Shown here piece by piece: positions 1 to 14,499 of a stretch of 64,000 bases of DNA. The notes under the pieces are model-generated. The model made no database searches, was not told the DNA's origin, and saw only the letters and a list, made by a program, of their open reading frames with translations. Each line of letters begins with the position of its first letter. The first letter of the stretch is position 1. Source of the stretch: Lama glama (taxonomy: Eukaryota); assembly GCA_028534125.1 (NCBI GenBank), contig CM052818.1:3288001-3352000 (forward strand), in the 5' to 3' direction. A program made the position numbers and the translations under genes.

Positions 1-1399
1 TGAGCCAGAGTCGGGAATACGGCTGCAGGAGGGCTTGTGGGGGCAGGGGCAGATTGCTGTAATTCCCCTAGGGATTGTCTGTGGAGGCTCCTGATGGAGA
101 CAACTCTTTGGTATTTGGGTCTCTAGGCCTGTCCTGTTTCTGTCTTGGTGTCAGGCTCAGAGAGTTTTTCTGCTGCAGAATTATAAATGTACATCAGTTT
201 TCTCTTAATACTTTAAAAGTTTCATCTTTTTGTTTTTTAGGATTTTTTTTAACATTTAAATTTTAATCTAGAAGGAATTTATTGTATTTTGGTGAATTGT
301 GAGTTAAAGATTTAACTTTGTTTTCCTGAAGTACTAATGATTAAAATACCTATCCTTGCCTTCCTGCTCTGAAACAACACCTGTATCTTACAGTGTATAT
401 CCATGTACATACCCAAGTCTGCTCGAGGATTCTCTCATGTGTTCCAGTGCATTGTCTGTTTCTACACCAGCACCGTGTGTTCTGGTCACATTTTCTTTAA
501 AGATATCTAACAGGTGCCAGGGTGAGGTGTACTTTACCTTAGAATTTTCTTTGCTTTTCTCAGATGGACTTCAGGATCATTGTGTCAAGCCCTGCTCCTG
601 TTGACTGCACAGTGGGAGCTGGAAACATGGGTGACCCCAGGGGGACCCTTTGTATTCATAAGCACCAGATATACCTGGAATTGGGTTTGGTGAGCCCAGA
701 CTTTATTCTTGTTATAGAAGTCACATGGCCTCTTTGGGAAGAAGCCCCTCACTGCCACTGACTTTCACTTGGGGAACCCCCCAGTCTCTAGCCCAGAGAC
801 GGTCCTGTGGACCCTCAGAGCCCCTGTGTTCCTGCTGTGTGTCTTCTCCGGCACCCAGCCATATACTCCCCACTGTAGCCAAGCCAGCCTATACTGGGGT
901 TTTGCTTTCTATCTTGCAGGGAACCCTGTCTCCAGACAGTGCCCTCTCTAGGCCTGCTCTCCTCTAAGGATTTCCTATAGGTTAGCGTGGGGATCTTTTC
1001 TTAATCTGTTCTTAAATGTGTTTTTTCTAGTAATAATTTTTCATCATAATTGCCAGCATTGTGATGGCTTCTTCCTAGTTTCTTCTGTGCATGCATGTTT
1101 CCCCCTATTTCACATTTACTAAGTTCATTCTTATTTAAGTGGCTTTTTCAGGATCGTTTTTATTGAGGAGTAATAAACATACAGAAAAGTTATAAGTCCT
1201 AAGCATACATCTCAGTGAATTTTTACATATATGTACACTATGTAACTACTGATGAAGATAGTTCTTTTAGAGTTAAGAAGCTATTGGTGGGAGGTTGGGT
1301 GGAGAAGGAAATCATGCGTGTGTCTCCATGCTGCCATCTTTTTCTAGAACTGTCTTTAAAAGGTGTTAAAGAGGGAGCCACATGTCAAATCTATACATA

Positions 1400-1580
1400 T
1401 GGAGAGCAGAGTGGTTAGGAGTGGTGGGTCGTGTTCTGGTCCTCACCCTTACTAGCCACGGGACTTTTGTGCCTCAGTTTCAACAACTGTAAAATGGGAG
1501 TAGATGATAGCTCTTACCTCACCAGGTTGTCATGAAGATTACACAAGGAAGTACATGTAGGTGCACAAAAAATGTTAATT
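1400..1580. mobile_element. MIR SINE (further MIR remnants at ~7860-8070, 8640-8740, 11900-12080, 15950-16130, 16880-17030, 17930-18000, 44040-44170, 48270-48500, 61790-62020)
   Basis: MIR core gtgcctcagtttc...ctgtaaaatggga...tacctcaccaggttgtcatgaagatta, or its reverse complement ccccattttacag...aaac.gaggc. Confidence 0.6.
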
Positions 1581-1614
1581 GTTGTTTTTGTTGTTATTAA
1601 TAATGAGGAGGAGG

Positions 1615-1765
1615 TTGTGGTTCTTAATGAAGAGGACACATCAGAATCACCTGGGGCATTTGTGCAAAATACACATGCTCAAGCTGGCCAGATCTACTGA
1701 GTCAGTCTAGATTTTAAACACCTCCCCAGGTCATTCTGTTGCTTATCTGGTTAAGAACCCCTGGG
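1615..1765. mobile_element. MER5A-like MITE (a second copy at ~2040-2175)
   Basis: gtggttctt...catcagaatcacctgggg...aacacctccccaggtcattct...ttaagaacccctg. Confidence 0.65.
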
Positions 1766-4007
1766 CCGAAAGTAGCCGTGACTGGAAGCAGAAGATCAGC
1801 AAATGGCCCCTGCGATTCTGAGGGCTGGAGAGGGTTGAGCTGTGCAGCTTCAAGGCAAAGTGGAGAGGTGGCCAAGATGTGATGACCTTGGGTGGGGACC
1901 AAGGAAGGAGGGGGAGAAGTCTCAGGTGACTCACGGGGTGCTGACCTGGATGGCGGCGTGAGTAGGTGGAGGATGAGCCAGAATCAGGAATATAGGAAGG
2001 GGGTTGCGGGGTGGGAGTGGGCCAGAGATTGTTATAATTCCCCTTGGCATTGTTGAGTGGAGGCTTCTGGTGGAAATAACAAGTTAGTATTTGGATCTCT
2101 AGGCTGCCGCCTGTGGTGTTTTTCAGGGTGTGAAGGAGTTGGATAAAGCTGTGGACCTGGTTGTAGTGTGGATGTAGGGGGCAGAGGAGGGCCAAGATCA
2201 CAGGCATCCATCTCTAAGAAGGCGTGCATCCACTTCTTACTCCCTCCCTAGAAACAGAGAAGCGCTTGTTCTCACAAGAATAGCCCCCTCACTGAGGACC
2301 ATTGGGAAATAAACTCAGTCTTTTCACTTGAAGATAAATAATAACTGTGGGTTGCTTCCTTTTCTCACAGATCTCAGAGTTTTCCACATCTGCTGACGGA
2401 AGAGCTTAATCCTCCATCAGTATCCTCAGACAGCACATTCAGTTAGGGGCAGTGTCTTACCTTCCAGCATCCCTTCACCCCGCCATGCTTCTCACATACT
2501 CAGTCATCCATGGATGGCTTCCTGGACTCTGGCTTTCTTCATGCCCTGATGGCAACCAGTCACCCTCTGGTAAGAGTTCAAGCCATTCCAGTACCTCTCC
2601 CGGAGGCACTTGCATTTAGAACTGCAGGGGTAATAGAAATAATGGAAGATGTTGCATTGCTGAGGGAAGGCGATCCTGGAATGAATTACTCACTTGCTCA
2701 TTCTAGAACATCCCTGTACAGTAGACCTTTCTGCACTGACAGAAATGTTCTCCTGTACTATACAATAGCCCCTGGCCCCGTGTGGCTAGTATAACTGAAG
2801 AGCTGTGTCTTTCATTTTAATTAAAGTTAAATTTACATTGACAGGAGACAGGCAGGCACTATTAGGTTGCATTCATTGGATTGGTGAGAGACCGCTGACC
2901 AACCACTTACTGGGCTGCCCTACCACCAAGTGCCCCTCAGAGGTAACTTTAAAAATGAGTTTTTCCAAAGTCGTGGGAAAAGGACCTGGTGTGTGTGTGC
3001 CACCACCACTTCTTCTGTTTTTGGTCTCTGCATCTTTTGCAGAGCTCGCAGCAGCGCTGTGTTGGGACAGAGCAGCTGGAGGCTCCCAATCTCTGTGGTC
3101 TGGAGGGGCCACTGTGAGGAGGGCCCAGGGAAGAATTTGCCATTTTCAGTGGAAATAAGCGGCAGTTACTAATTACGATCTTGTACTTTCGATCTTGATT
3201 TGCTACACCTTTCTTTATAATAAGCAGTTACTTAAGAAATAAAGATATTTTAGTTAATCCATGAAACAGGTATGAAGAGGAACATTTTTTGAAAAATGGG
3301 TGAAACTCTTGACTTTAACGTACTAGGTATATTTGTAAATAAACTTAGGACACAAATCCTTAATGCCTGCCTCTTCTCTGAAATATGGAATGGGGTAAAC
3401 AAACATGTGCTTACTTTTTTATTTGGGTAATATTCCAGTGTTAGTCTTTTGATTGAATATGTGTGTGACTTTAAAAAAAAGGGCTACAAAATGGATCTTT
3501 GAAATCAAATGGGCTTTCTTTTCCACCCCTCTAGCCTTGGCCCCTCAGGGTGCCTCCCCAAGAAAGCAGGTACCTGCGGCTGTCCCCCACAGGCCTCTCC
3601 CAGCGCTTGTTCACCCCCCTCCTTCTTACCACAGGACACTGCCCCTGCCTTTCCTTCTGTCCTGCCGTCCCCTCTCCCTATTCCTGCTCGTGCCACAAGC
3701 CCATTTCCTCCAAGAAGGCTCCCCAACTCCTGTCCCTTCCAGGTCAGGCCAGTTTTAGGGCCCTGAACAGATTCCATTTGGCTTCCCAGTTTAGGGTGGA
3801 TGTGGCAGAGGTGGGTCTCAGCAAGATGTAGCTGCAGGATGTATGTGCAGTAAATCGCTGCATTTCCAACTTCCTTGACCACCACTCCCAGTGAAAAATA
3901 CATCTTAGGTTCCCAACTACCACACACCTATATACAGATACAGAATATTGAAACAAAAGTTTTATAAAAATAACAGTCACTGTGTGTGATGCATTTGGAT
4001 ATTTTCT

Positions 4008-4230
4008 GTTTTTTTTTAATTTATTTACTTATTTATTTATTTATTTTTAACATTTTTTATTGATTTATAATCATTTTACAATGTTGTGTCAAATTCCAGT
4101 GTAAAGCACAATTTCTCAGTTATACATGAATATATATATGCTCATTGTCACATTTTTTCTCTGTGAGCTACCATAAGATCTTGTGTATATTTCCCTGTGC
4201 TATGCAGTATAATCTTGTTTATCTATTTAT
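4008..4230 (-). mobile_element. Short young L1 3' end with (TTTA)n tail, nested in a hAT MITE
   Basis: ttttacaatgttgtgtcaaattccagtgta...ttccctgtgctatgcagta resembles the other L1 3'UTRs in the window. Confidence 0.75.
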
Positions 4231-7019
4231 TTTTTAAAGAAAAATGCTGTTTGTAACCCATTGAACTGATTTCACAACCGAGTCATGGGTCACTACTCAC
4301 AGTGAGTGAAGTCATTACTGCTCAGAGCAACTCCAAACAGCCAGGAGGCCCTGTTCAGATGTCTCCCTTTGGGTGCCTCGAGGGGCGGGCAGGTGATGGC
4401 CCCGGCAGCTGTGTGCTCCTGGTGGTGGTCCACTTGGTGGTGCTCTGCTCTCTCCCTGGAGTCTCCTTTCAGGGCCCTGGTTGGTTGTGCCATAAAGTAG
4501 CCATGGGCACAGGTGCTTTCTCAGTGCTGTGGAAGGAGGTTGAAGTCTATAAAGCACTCCAGACACCCGATAAAGATGCCAGCTCAGTGTCAGGTGTCTC
4601 AGGGCTGTATTTGTCATCTCTTTTGATGAGGCTCCTCGTGGGGCTTACTGGTGCTGCTCACCTGGCAGGGCTACAAGTAACAGAGTAAGGGCACAGCATG
4701 GAGCGCTTGCATCGCCACAGTGATAGAAACCTCTTACCGCCAGAAGGTGGATGGTAAGTGTATATAAGGAACATTTCAGGTGGGACTGGGTCTTGGAGCC
4801 CCGTTTCCCTTTGGAACTGGAATTTATTGAAAACAGAACCCACAGCAATAGATACATTAAAACCCCTGCATTTAAGCTGGGTGTTTTATCCCTCTGAGGG
4901 CCTCAAACTGTTGATCCTCACTTAGCACACTTTTCTAAGAAAAGTGGCTGATTTCTCAACCCAGTGTAGAAGAAAAGAGCATGCCTGGAAGGAAGGCAGC
5001 GGTAGGTTTCTAGAGATAGACATGTAGATAACAGGACAGTGAAAGCCATGGGGAAGGATAGAGAAACGATAAGAAGGAAATAGGATCACATTACTGTCTA
5101 GTTCCGGAGGGAATGCTCTGGATGATGACCGCTTCAGTGGGAAAAGAATATTTTTAAAGGCATTAGGAGAACTGCGGCCCACGTTTTAGTAAAATTTCTC
5201 TTTAAAATGGTTAGAATAGTGTTTTGGCCATTGATGTTTTATTTTTCAGAAAGAATATTCGTGGGAACCAGTGACTGGGTGAGTCGGGTGCTGTTGACCT
5301 GCTCCCGATTAGGGCTAGTCCTGGGTGTGAGGCGTGCTGTAATCTTGGGTTCGCCGGGCGAGTCTTCCCTCGTCTGCCTCATAGCCTGAAACCCCTCCAT
5401 TACTGTTGCTGTCGGATTCCTTTGTTCACCAGTGTGAATTTGTGAGTAAATTCTTATCAGTCTGGAAGCATCCTGATAGACGCTCCCGATGTTCTGAAGG
5501 TGGATGTAGAGAAAGGACGCTGAGCTGGATGCTCCCTGAGGATGGGGTGAGGTGGGCCCTGGATGGGGTGGCCTGAATGACCAGAGGTCAGGGCAAAGCT
5601 GCTGGGATTTGGGTTGAGGGGGGCAGTGGGGAGGTGGGCTTGGAAGACAGATTCCAGCATTTACACTGCTTTGCCTGAAGATAATCCACTCACTGAGACA
5701 GGGCCAGGTCTCTTTCTTCTGTAGCCTGTCCCCTTATGGCTCACTGGCCACCTGGCCCCCAGGTCTGCTTCTGGGAGTCACTCTGGGTGACTGCAGGGGT
5801 GCTCCAGTAAGTGAGGGGACCTCAAAGAAAGGCCAGGTATTTCTGAGACAAAGATTATTTATTCCACAGCATCTGAGAAAGCGAACATTAAGTAGAAGGC
5901 AGTGGGGTTGGAGATATGTCACACCACCAGGAGGTTTCTGTATTAACAGTAGATTGTTATATAGTATGCATGCATAGCACATTACAGTCCTATTACTGAT
6001 ATTTGCAAATGCTATTTGATTACAAAATGATGAAACTTTCTCCCAATGGGAAGAATAACAATAATAAAGTAAAATAACAGTATCAAAAGTCTTTGGAAAG
6101 ATTTCAGGGGTTTGCAGAGCCATTCACTGATGTGTCCCCAAGGCCAAAAGTGGACTGCCGTTTGGCCACATAGTGGTTCTAAGAAGCTGCCTAACGAAAT
6201 TCTCTTTTTTTAAAGTAGGAATATAATGTGAAGGGGTAGAGAAAAACCACTGAAGCTTAAGCACTCTAAATAGTGGACAGTAGATTCTGATGATGAAATC
6301 ACAAATAATTTTAATAGGGAGAAGAAGGGGCAGCACTAAAAGACAGATGAGCTTAGATTTTCAACAAACCTACGGTTTTTTCACGTGTACATGATACCTG
6401 AAGTGTGATACACCCATGTCAGAACGTCCAGAAGGACCGAAGTCCAGACTTAGTGGTGCTTGTAAAGGAATCCCAGCCAGCACGAAGTCTGCTTGTCTGC
6501 TTCCTTATTGGAGTTAAGAAGAGGAACAAGGCAAAGACAGGCCCTCTGCTACTGGGAAGCACCAAGTGTTCATGTCAAGAGAGAAAGAAAAAGTGCCCAA
6601 TTCCAGTTGTTTCCAACTTTGCCTCCTTGAGAACAGTCCTCAAACTGGAGGGGAGTAGTAACAAACGTCAGATGGAGTGAAACGAGGCTCCCAACAGTAG
6701 AGATGTTAGCGGAACCCCCTTCCCTCCCGTGGCACAATCTACCTGTCCTTTCCCCCAAAATAGTCATCTAGGCTGACTCACGTCCCTGAATCGGCATTTC
6801 CAGGGAGAGGTGATTGAACCAGAGACAAATCCATTTATTATTAGTCCTAGATTTAAACAGAGATGAGGAAATTGAAACCTGTCTTGTTTATCAACTTTTA
6901 AGTTTTAAATCATGAAGACCCAAAAGGTAGGCTTCTTGAGGCTGAAGATGACACAGCTCTGGGAGGGACAAGTAAATGGCTTTGGGGTGACAAAGTCAGG
7001 ATTCAAAACATCCTTGTTC

Positions 7020-7140
7020 GAATATATGTATGTATATGCACGACTGGGACATTGTGCTGTACACCAGAAATTGACACATTGTAATTGAACTTCAATTTTA
7101 AAAAAACAACAAAAAAGCCCCAAATAAACAAACAAACAAA
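7020..7140 (+). mobile_element. Very short L1 3' terminus with A-rich tail
   Basis: tgtgctgtacaccagaaattgacacattgtaattgaacttcaatt plus A tail, matching 27870-27920. Confidence 0.75.
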
Positions 7141-9564
7141 AGACAATATTGTCAAGGTGAAAAAAAAGGAGGGGATTTTACAAGGGAAAATGTAATACTT
7201 TACATTTAGGTTAAACGGATTTCATCATCCAAGTCCATAATGGGGGTGCCTGAGATGGGCTTGTGGAGGGGCCCAAGGAGGCTGGTTTTCCACAGGCTCC
7301 GTGAAGACCAGGAGTGTGGGGCTCAGGAGAGCCCAGCCACACATCGGAGGTGCAGACCCAGGACAACGGAGGGGGTGCAGCCCACTTCCACTCTCTGCTC
7401 CTCAGAACGCGTGGAAGTCCAGCATGAGGTGCAGGCTCCTGGAGATTAGCCAAGAAGGAAATATCCAGGTGGGCCATCAGGAAGGAGGTGGTCTGGGGAC
7501 AGAGGAGCAGGTGATGAGGCAGGGACTGTCGGCGTGGAGAAGAGAGGTGAGTCCAGATTCCTGAAGAGCTGCCTGAGCATGAAGGGGACAATTCTATGTA
7601 TCCAGCGGGTAGGCCAAGTTAGAGGGAAGCAGGCCTGGTTCTTTCTGAGAAAGATGCCCTGTGTCTTCCCTGTCAGTGGAAGGTTTGTACAGCCGTGGGA
7701 TGGCCTCCTGGCCAGAGACATCTCCAAGGGGACTGCAGGGCCTGCCCAGGAAGGAGGCCTGAGGACTCGAAAGTTCCTTCCTGAGATGTTTCTCTTGCCA
7801 TGGATGAGGAGTCCACAGAGAGGTAAGCACCTCGGCCCAAGCACTTTGGAGTAAGTAGCTGTACACAGGCAAACTGAGGCACTGGGTTCAAGTCCTGCTT
7901 CTGTCACTATGTGACCTTTGGCAAGTTACTCTCTGCACTTTGGCCCCTTCATTAAAAATATGGATTATGGCAGTAGTACACACCTGCTAGGACTTCTGTG
8001 AGGTTTAAGCGAGTTAAAGCAAGACACTCAGAACTATGCTACACCGTGGTGAGGCCACGTGCTAGGTAGCTTCTGTGATTGTCCCCCTCCCCCCCGTGCT
8101 GTCGTCACCATCACCATCACTGACTGGTCACACAGGTACTGATCTCTGTGTGCCAGGGGAGTAGAGGTGAGTAGGTTGAATCCCTGCCTTCAAGAAGTCA
8201 AAGCCCAGTGTGGAAAGTGGATAACTGTCACATGTGGACGTGGGGTTTAGGGTAAGGTAGGGCATGGTCCTTGGGGAAGGGGTTGAGGGGCAGCAGACCG
8301 AACCTGTCTTCCTCTGAAACCAGTTCCTGAAACCATGACTTGGCTCCGAAAAACTTTCAGGCATCCCAGGGCTGCTGTCTTGTCAGTCCGTGCTCTCCCT
8401 GGCTGCTTGCTCTGGGTGTGGCTGTGCACGAGGTGCCCCTTCTGCACCCAAATCGAGCACTGGGACTGGCCAGGCTAGCATGGCAGGTCCAAGGGTGTAG
8501 AGGCGCCCCAGGGCCTCTTGGGCACAGCTGAGGCCCACAGACCCCATTCCTGTGCTTTGGGGCCCCAAACATTAAAGCTCCCTGTGCACCTGGCACTGCT
8601 GGGCGTCCTCTTGCAGTGCTGTGGCACATCATATCCCAGGAGACGGGTGGTGCCATTCATCCCCATTTTACAGCTCAGTAAACAGGCTGAGATGTTAAGT
8701 GTCTTACAAAGGGCAGAGCCAGGACTTGGAGCTAAGGTTTCTAAAGCCAAAATTGGGTGCCGTTTCCATATACCCCACCCTGGCCAAGATGAGAGGTGAC
8801 TCAGCTGAGAACCCTGCCCTCGGGAGGAGATGGAGCCAGAGATCTGATAACTGACCACCCCGGCACAGGGAAAGGGCCAGAAGGGCTCTGAGAGCCCCAC
8901 CCTTCCAGGGCTGTCTCCTGCTCCCCATATCCCTGCCTACTCATGGGATCCCCCTCACAAAGCCAGTGCCTGCCTGTGGAGTGCTCAGGGGACCCCTCCT
9001 ACACAGTGGTCCCTGCCTGCTCACTCTTCATGGGAACATCTCTGCACCAGTGGTCATTTAGAGAGGGAAGGCAGTGGTTTAGGAAAAGACATGTTTTAAA
9101 GCAGTGGTGGCCTTTTCTTTTCCCTAAAGACCATTTTTTTAAAAGAACAGTTTTATTTTCACAACAAAATTAAGAGGAAAGTACAGAGATTTCCCATTGT
9201 ACCCCCTCCCCCAACACATGCATAGCCTCCCTCATCATCAGCATCCCCCATTGGATCCGTAACTGTTATAACTGGTGCCCCCCTTTTTTTTTTTTGCCCC
9301 AGAGTTTTACCTGAACGTGCTTAAAACTGAAAACAGATACAAGGAACTATTCAGTGTGAAGAGAATGTGGGGGAACCTGAGCGTGGAGTCCTGTCTCTTG
9401 TCCCTCTCCTGCCACCCCACCCAGGTTCTGGGGAACCCGGATGTAGTTTATTTTATGACCCTTGCTCCGAGGTGGGGGAGTTAATGCCACTCTTTGTTAA
9501 TGAGTCCTTCTCCAGATTGTGTCTCTAGAACTTAAGTTCCATGTGGCAGGTTTAAAAAAAAAAA

Positions 9565-10070
9565 GAATTATGGTAAAACATACATAACATAAAATTTATC
9601 ATTTTACCCATTTTGGAGCGTACAATTCAGTGGCAGTAAGTGCATTCACGTTCTGCAACTCTCACCACCATCCATTTCCTGAACTTTTTCATCATCCCAA
9701 ACTGAATCTCTGTACCCATTAAACAGCAACTCCCCATCTTCCCTCCCCGCAGACCCTGGCAACTACCATTCTGCTTTGTCTCTATGAATTTGTCTCTTCC
9801 AGGTACCCCATAAGTATAATCATGTAGTATTTGTCTCTTTGTGTCTGGCTAGTTACATTTAGTATAATGGCTTCAGGGTTCATCCATGTGGTAGCTTGTA
9901 TCAGAATTTCCTTCCTTTTATGGTTGAATAATACTCCTTTGTATGTATATCCCACACAATTCTATGTTTAACCCTTCAAGGAATTGTCATACCATTTTCC
10001 ACAAAGGATGCACCATTTTACATTCCCACCAACAATGTACAAGGGTTCCAGTTTATCCATAGCCTTGCCA
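9565..10070 (-). mobile_element. Older L1 (L1MB-like) 3' fragment
   Basis: acataaaatttatcatttt...cccctggcaactaccattctgct...cattcccaccaacaatgtacaagggttcca are typical antisense L1 motifs. Confidence 0.8.
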
Positions 10071-13000
10071 TTGTGACAGGGATCTTTTAGTATCTTATTC
10101 ATGACTGTGTCCCTAGAGACTAGGACAGTGCCCAGCATGCAGTAGGCACTTAATGAATACTTGGGTTGGATGAATGGGAGGCTTTGGTCTCTAGGCAGCT
10201 GTACCAGGGAGTCCATGTACCTGTCAGCAGAACCTTCTCCTTCTAGTACCTGCTCAGCTCTAAGAGAATCGCTCTTTTGATGGGGTGAGTGATGTCTCGA
10301 GGGGCCCCCTGGTGTCAAGAGCTGCGTTAAAGAGGAAATGGTGGCACTGTGGAGGTCAGGGAATCGAACATGCTGGCTAGTAGCATGAGACTGTTATTTA
10401 AATCGTGGGTCTCCACCCATTTGTGGCCCATGAAACCAATTTTTAGGGGTGAAAAGCATTTATGAAAAATGAAATAGAGCACAAATGCCAGGGCATAGCA
10501 TATGGAAGAAAGAGTATCATTTTGTGAAACTTTTTGCTTTTTGTGTGATGTTTTTGTACGTGTGTGATGGGTCACAAAGAGTTTGAAAAACACTTGCGTA
10601 GGGTGCGCAGCCTCTGCCTGAACAATTCTCATAACAGAGAGCTTACCACCTCACAAGGAAGCCCGCGCTGCTTGGGGTTCTGCTGTAACGCTGGAACATC
10701 CCTTTCTTAATGAGAAGAAACCATTCAGTATGTAAGATCTTTGCTTTGAGGCCCAACTATGTGCTAGGACCTGTAATAAGCATTGTTAGCTAAACTGCCC
10801 CCACTGCCACCTCTCCCAGGCCACAGTGGAGTTACCCGTGTCGGAAGCAGCCCAGCTGTGACTCCTGCCTGCAGGGCAGTGCCTTCTGCACTGTGTCTTT
10901 TGATTGGGATTCATATCAAACACACTTTTTCTCCAGGGAAGGCATCTGCATATGGGGACATCTGTGTCCCATTTGACAGGCAGGCGGGACTCCTTGGTTC
11001 CAGTCTCCACAGGTCTGGTCTAGAATGGCTGCTTCCTTCTCTGAGGTGTCCCCTGGGCTCCCCACATCTAATTTACCACATGCTGCATAGTCTGCGTTTT
11101 AAGTCTGGCCACGCCACACTTCCCCTCCAAGTCTGATGAAAATTCCGTCCAGCATTATTGTGTGATTGTGAGGCAGATGTGGAGAAACAAATGTACTTGC
11201 AGATTTATATTTCTTCTTTCTTCATGACTCCTGGGGTTAGTGTTACTAGCCGAGCCATGCCCAGACCTGGGTTCAGTGTCCTCCCAGCTTTCCTGCATCT
11301 CCCCTGCTACAGTCTTGTAACAGGTCTCATTGCTAAATTGTCTCCTCTTAGCTCTCAGGGCAGGAACTGTTGCATTCATCTTTCTGTCCTCAGGCTGGCA
11401 CATGAAGTTTGTGCTCCATATGTTATTTGCTGAGTGGACGGAGGTGTGAATTTTAAACTTCTTGAAAGTGGAAACTGAATCTTTCCCTTTATCAGTGCCG
11501 CATCTCAGCCCAGCCCAGAGCTAAGCCCACAATAAAGCTGATAGGTTGGCCAATTGATAGGAGTGCTAGAGAGTTAATGGGAAAAGTTTCCCAGGTCAAA
11601 CTGGATTTTGATTCTCAAGGAAATAAAGAATCCCAAAGGTTAGACTCTTCCAAATACCTGGAGTGCCTGTCAGTAGAGGGCAGGCCCTATGACATGTGAG
11701 CCGTGATCCTGGGCAACGGGAAGGTGGTGCCGTGACATGGGAAGAGCTGGGTAATAAAATGAGAAGGGCTTTGTGTGGACCAGTGGCGTTCAAGTGCCAG
11801 GAACTGAGGAGTCTGGTTAACTCAGCTCTCTAACCCCCAACATCCAAAACTGGGAGGACAGAGAGGGAAGAAAGGAAGGAGAGGGAGGGAGAGAGAGACC
11901 TTAGGCTTGGAAGCTAGATCAAACTAGACCTGAATCCCCTTTCCATCTCTTTTAATTATGGAATTCTAGACATGGTATTAATCTCTCTGAATCCTAGTTT
12001 CTGCGTTTGTGGAATGAGAATTAGACAATACATGTGACAGGCTGCACGCTGTTCTTGGCACATGGTAGGTGCTCAGTAAATAATGGGAATGATCAGTACC
12101 ATTGCATCATGTTTGGCATGGGATGAGATGTGGAGTTGATAAGAAAGGGAAAGATTCAGAGTAGGTCCAGCTAACATAAGCCCCAAAAGGTTACCTATTA
12201 GAAGAATCCTAGCTCACAGCCTTGAAGAAAGTCTTGGCTCTGAGGCCTCAGGAAGGCCAGGGGAGTTGGGCCCGGGCTTTCAGGGACAGGAAGGCTGCCT
12301 TTGGGCAGAGGTGGTGCCAGCCTCCTCATGTTATCAACAGACAGAGTCCTAATGGCAGGTCTGGATCCTGGGCTGACAGTCCCAGTAGGAATCAAGGGAG
12401 GTGAAGGTCTCCCTCAGGAAAATAAGGTGCTGTGTCCAGATGAAGAGAGAGGGGATTGCCAGACAGGCAGGACTGTTGACCATTACACACAAGGATCCCG
12501 CCCACCCCTGCCTCCTACCTGAACCCTGGGGCTCAGTTAGGCCCCCTTGGTGAGCTCTCACGTGCAGAACTATGTAACTGCCGCTTCCACTCTGAAATTC
12601 CTCCACCAGTTTTTAATTTCAACACATTGTCTGCCCAGCCCACCCCAGCCTGGCCCTGAGCAGGAGGGTGGCATCTTTACTCAAAGGGCTGCCCTGCTCC
12701 AGGACCTCCTGTCTCCTCCTCGTCCCTCCCTGAGCGTCCCAGGCCCATCTCCTCACCTGCTCATTACAAAGTTCTGTACATCCTGCAGAAAAGAACCTCA
12801 GGCCGGTTTTTAATTTTTCATTTGCTTCTTCCTAGTTTTACATTTTTGGAATTGAGTTGTCTTTTGACTTTGCTCTTGGTCCCATCCTGCAGGAGATACA
12901 TCTTTAGGAGGCTGCGTGGAGACCTTGGGTTTCCAGCAGAACAAGAGGCTCAGCCAGGACCAACCACGAACACAGGTATTGAGGTGGCTGAGTGTCCTTG

Positions 13001-13629
13001 AAGCCGAGCCCTCCGCGGGGCTGGGGCGGGGGGCGGTTGGAGGAGGGACGCATCGCTGGCTTTGCCAGCCCCTGCTGCTCCCCTTCTCCCTTTTCTGATC
13101 CCAGTAGTCTAGGGCAGCAATGTCATCACGCAGGATGTCTTAAAAGGCCTCCAGGCCTGAGATTTCATGGTGAGCAGCCTCAGGCCCGGTTAGGTTGAGA
13201 AGCAGACCTGCCTTCTCAGGACCAGGAAGGAAGTCAGTGTATGTGCCTTGATGTCCTTGTCCTCCCTCCGTCCCTGGGGGTTCCTGACGCCAGTGCCCTC
13301 ACGCCCCACTGAGGCTGGTCCATTCCAGGAGGCACTGCTTGCTGTGAACCCTCCCCTTCCCTCTGCCTTTGGTAAAGTTCTCTCTCCTGTCTCCTTCCCG
13401 TTCAGCCAGCTTTATGTCCAGAAGCTCTGATCAGTTAATTCCCACACACATGGTAAATTTAAAATCCCAGAAAACTATTTTATAGGGGAGATTTAATGGA
13501 GTGTCAGTTGCAAAGGGTAACTCTAAGGAGCTCCTCATTGTGGGGCCTCTGGCTGGTTGGGGTAGCTCTAGAGCTGGAGGGAGGGGAAGAGGGAAGGAGG
13601 GTGAAGGAAGGAAGGCAGGCAGGAAAGAG

Positions 13630-13682
13630 GGAAGGACCACTGACTGGTGGGAAGGAAGGACCACTAACTGGTGGGAAGGAAG
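13630..13682. repeat. 24-bp tandem duplication in a GGAA-rich tract
   Basis: GGAAGGACCACTGACTGGTGGGAA / GGAAGGACCACTAACTGGTGGGAA, one mismatch. Confidence 0.9.
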
Positions 13683-13934
13683 GAACTGATGGGGAGCGAT
13701 TGTTGGTCACAGTCACCTTCTCAGGATTCTATCTGCCCTGTAAATAGATGGCTGCCTACTCTGCCTACAAAAGCCTGGCTTTGCTGGGGGCAGCTGGATT
13801 CTATCGGCCTGAGCATCATTTAAAAGTAAAGAAAACAACATTTTAAAAGGGAACTGTGAGAAGCAGTGAAATGTGGCATTTGGGCAGGGGAGTTTTTTTC
13901 CTTTCTCTTTCTTTTTCTTTTCTTTTCTTTTCTT

Positions 13935-14478
13935 TTCTTTTTTTGAGATATAATAATCCACAAACTTCACCCTTCAAAGTGTCTAATTCAGTGGTTTTTA
14001 GGCTGTTCATAAGGCTGTGCAATGATCACTATCTAATTCCAAAACATCTTTAGCACCCCAGCCCATCAGCAGTCGCTCCCTATGCCCCAGCCCCTGGCAA
14101 CCGCTAATCTACTTTCTGTCTCTAGGGATGCACTTATTCTCAGCACTTTATATGAACAGAATCTTACCATGTGTCCTTTGAGGTCTGGTGTCTTTCACTT
14201 AACAATGTTTTCAAGGTTCATGGTGTAGCGCACATTAATACTTCATTCTTATTTATTGCAGAATAATATTCCATTGGATGAATATACCACATGTCATTTA
14301 TCCTGCTAGACATGTGGATTGTGTCCATTTTGAGGCCGTTGTAAATAATATTGCTCTGAACATTCACATACAAGTTTTTTTTGCAGACATATGTTTTCAG
14401 TTCTCTTGAGTGTGTACCTCATAGTGGAATTGCTGGGTCATACGGTAATTCTGTGTTTAAATTTTTGAGGAACTGCCA
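13935..14478 (-). mobile_element. Older L1 (L1MB-like) 3' fragment with (TTTTC)n tail at ~13895-13945
   Basis: cccagcccctggcaaccgctaatctactttctgtctcta...gtggaattgctgggtcatacggtaattctgtgtttaa..ttttgaggaactgcca. Confidence 0.8.
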
Positions 14479-14499
14479 TGGGTTGGGGATTTTTCATAC

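Noticed and set aside
13630..13682. Direct repeats as a CRISPR-like array
   Set aside because: Two adjacent copies without spacers in mammalian DNA; simple slippage duplication, like those at ~14953 and ~28827.
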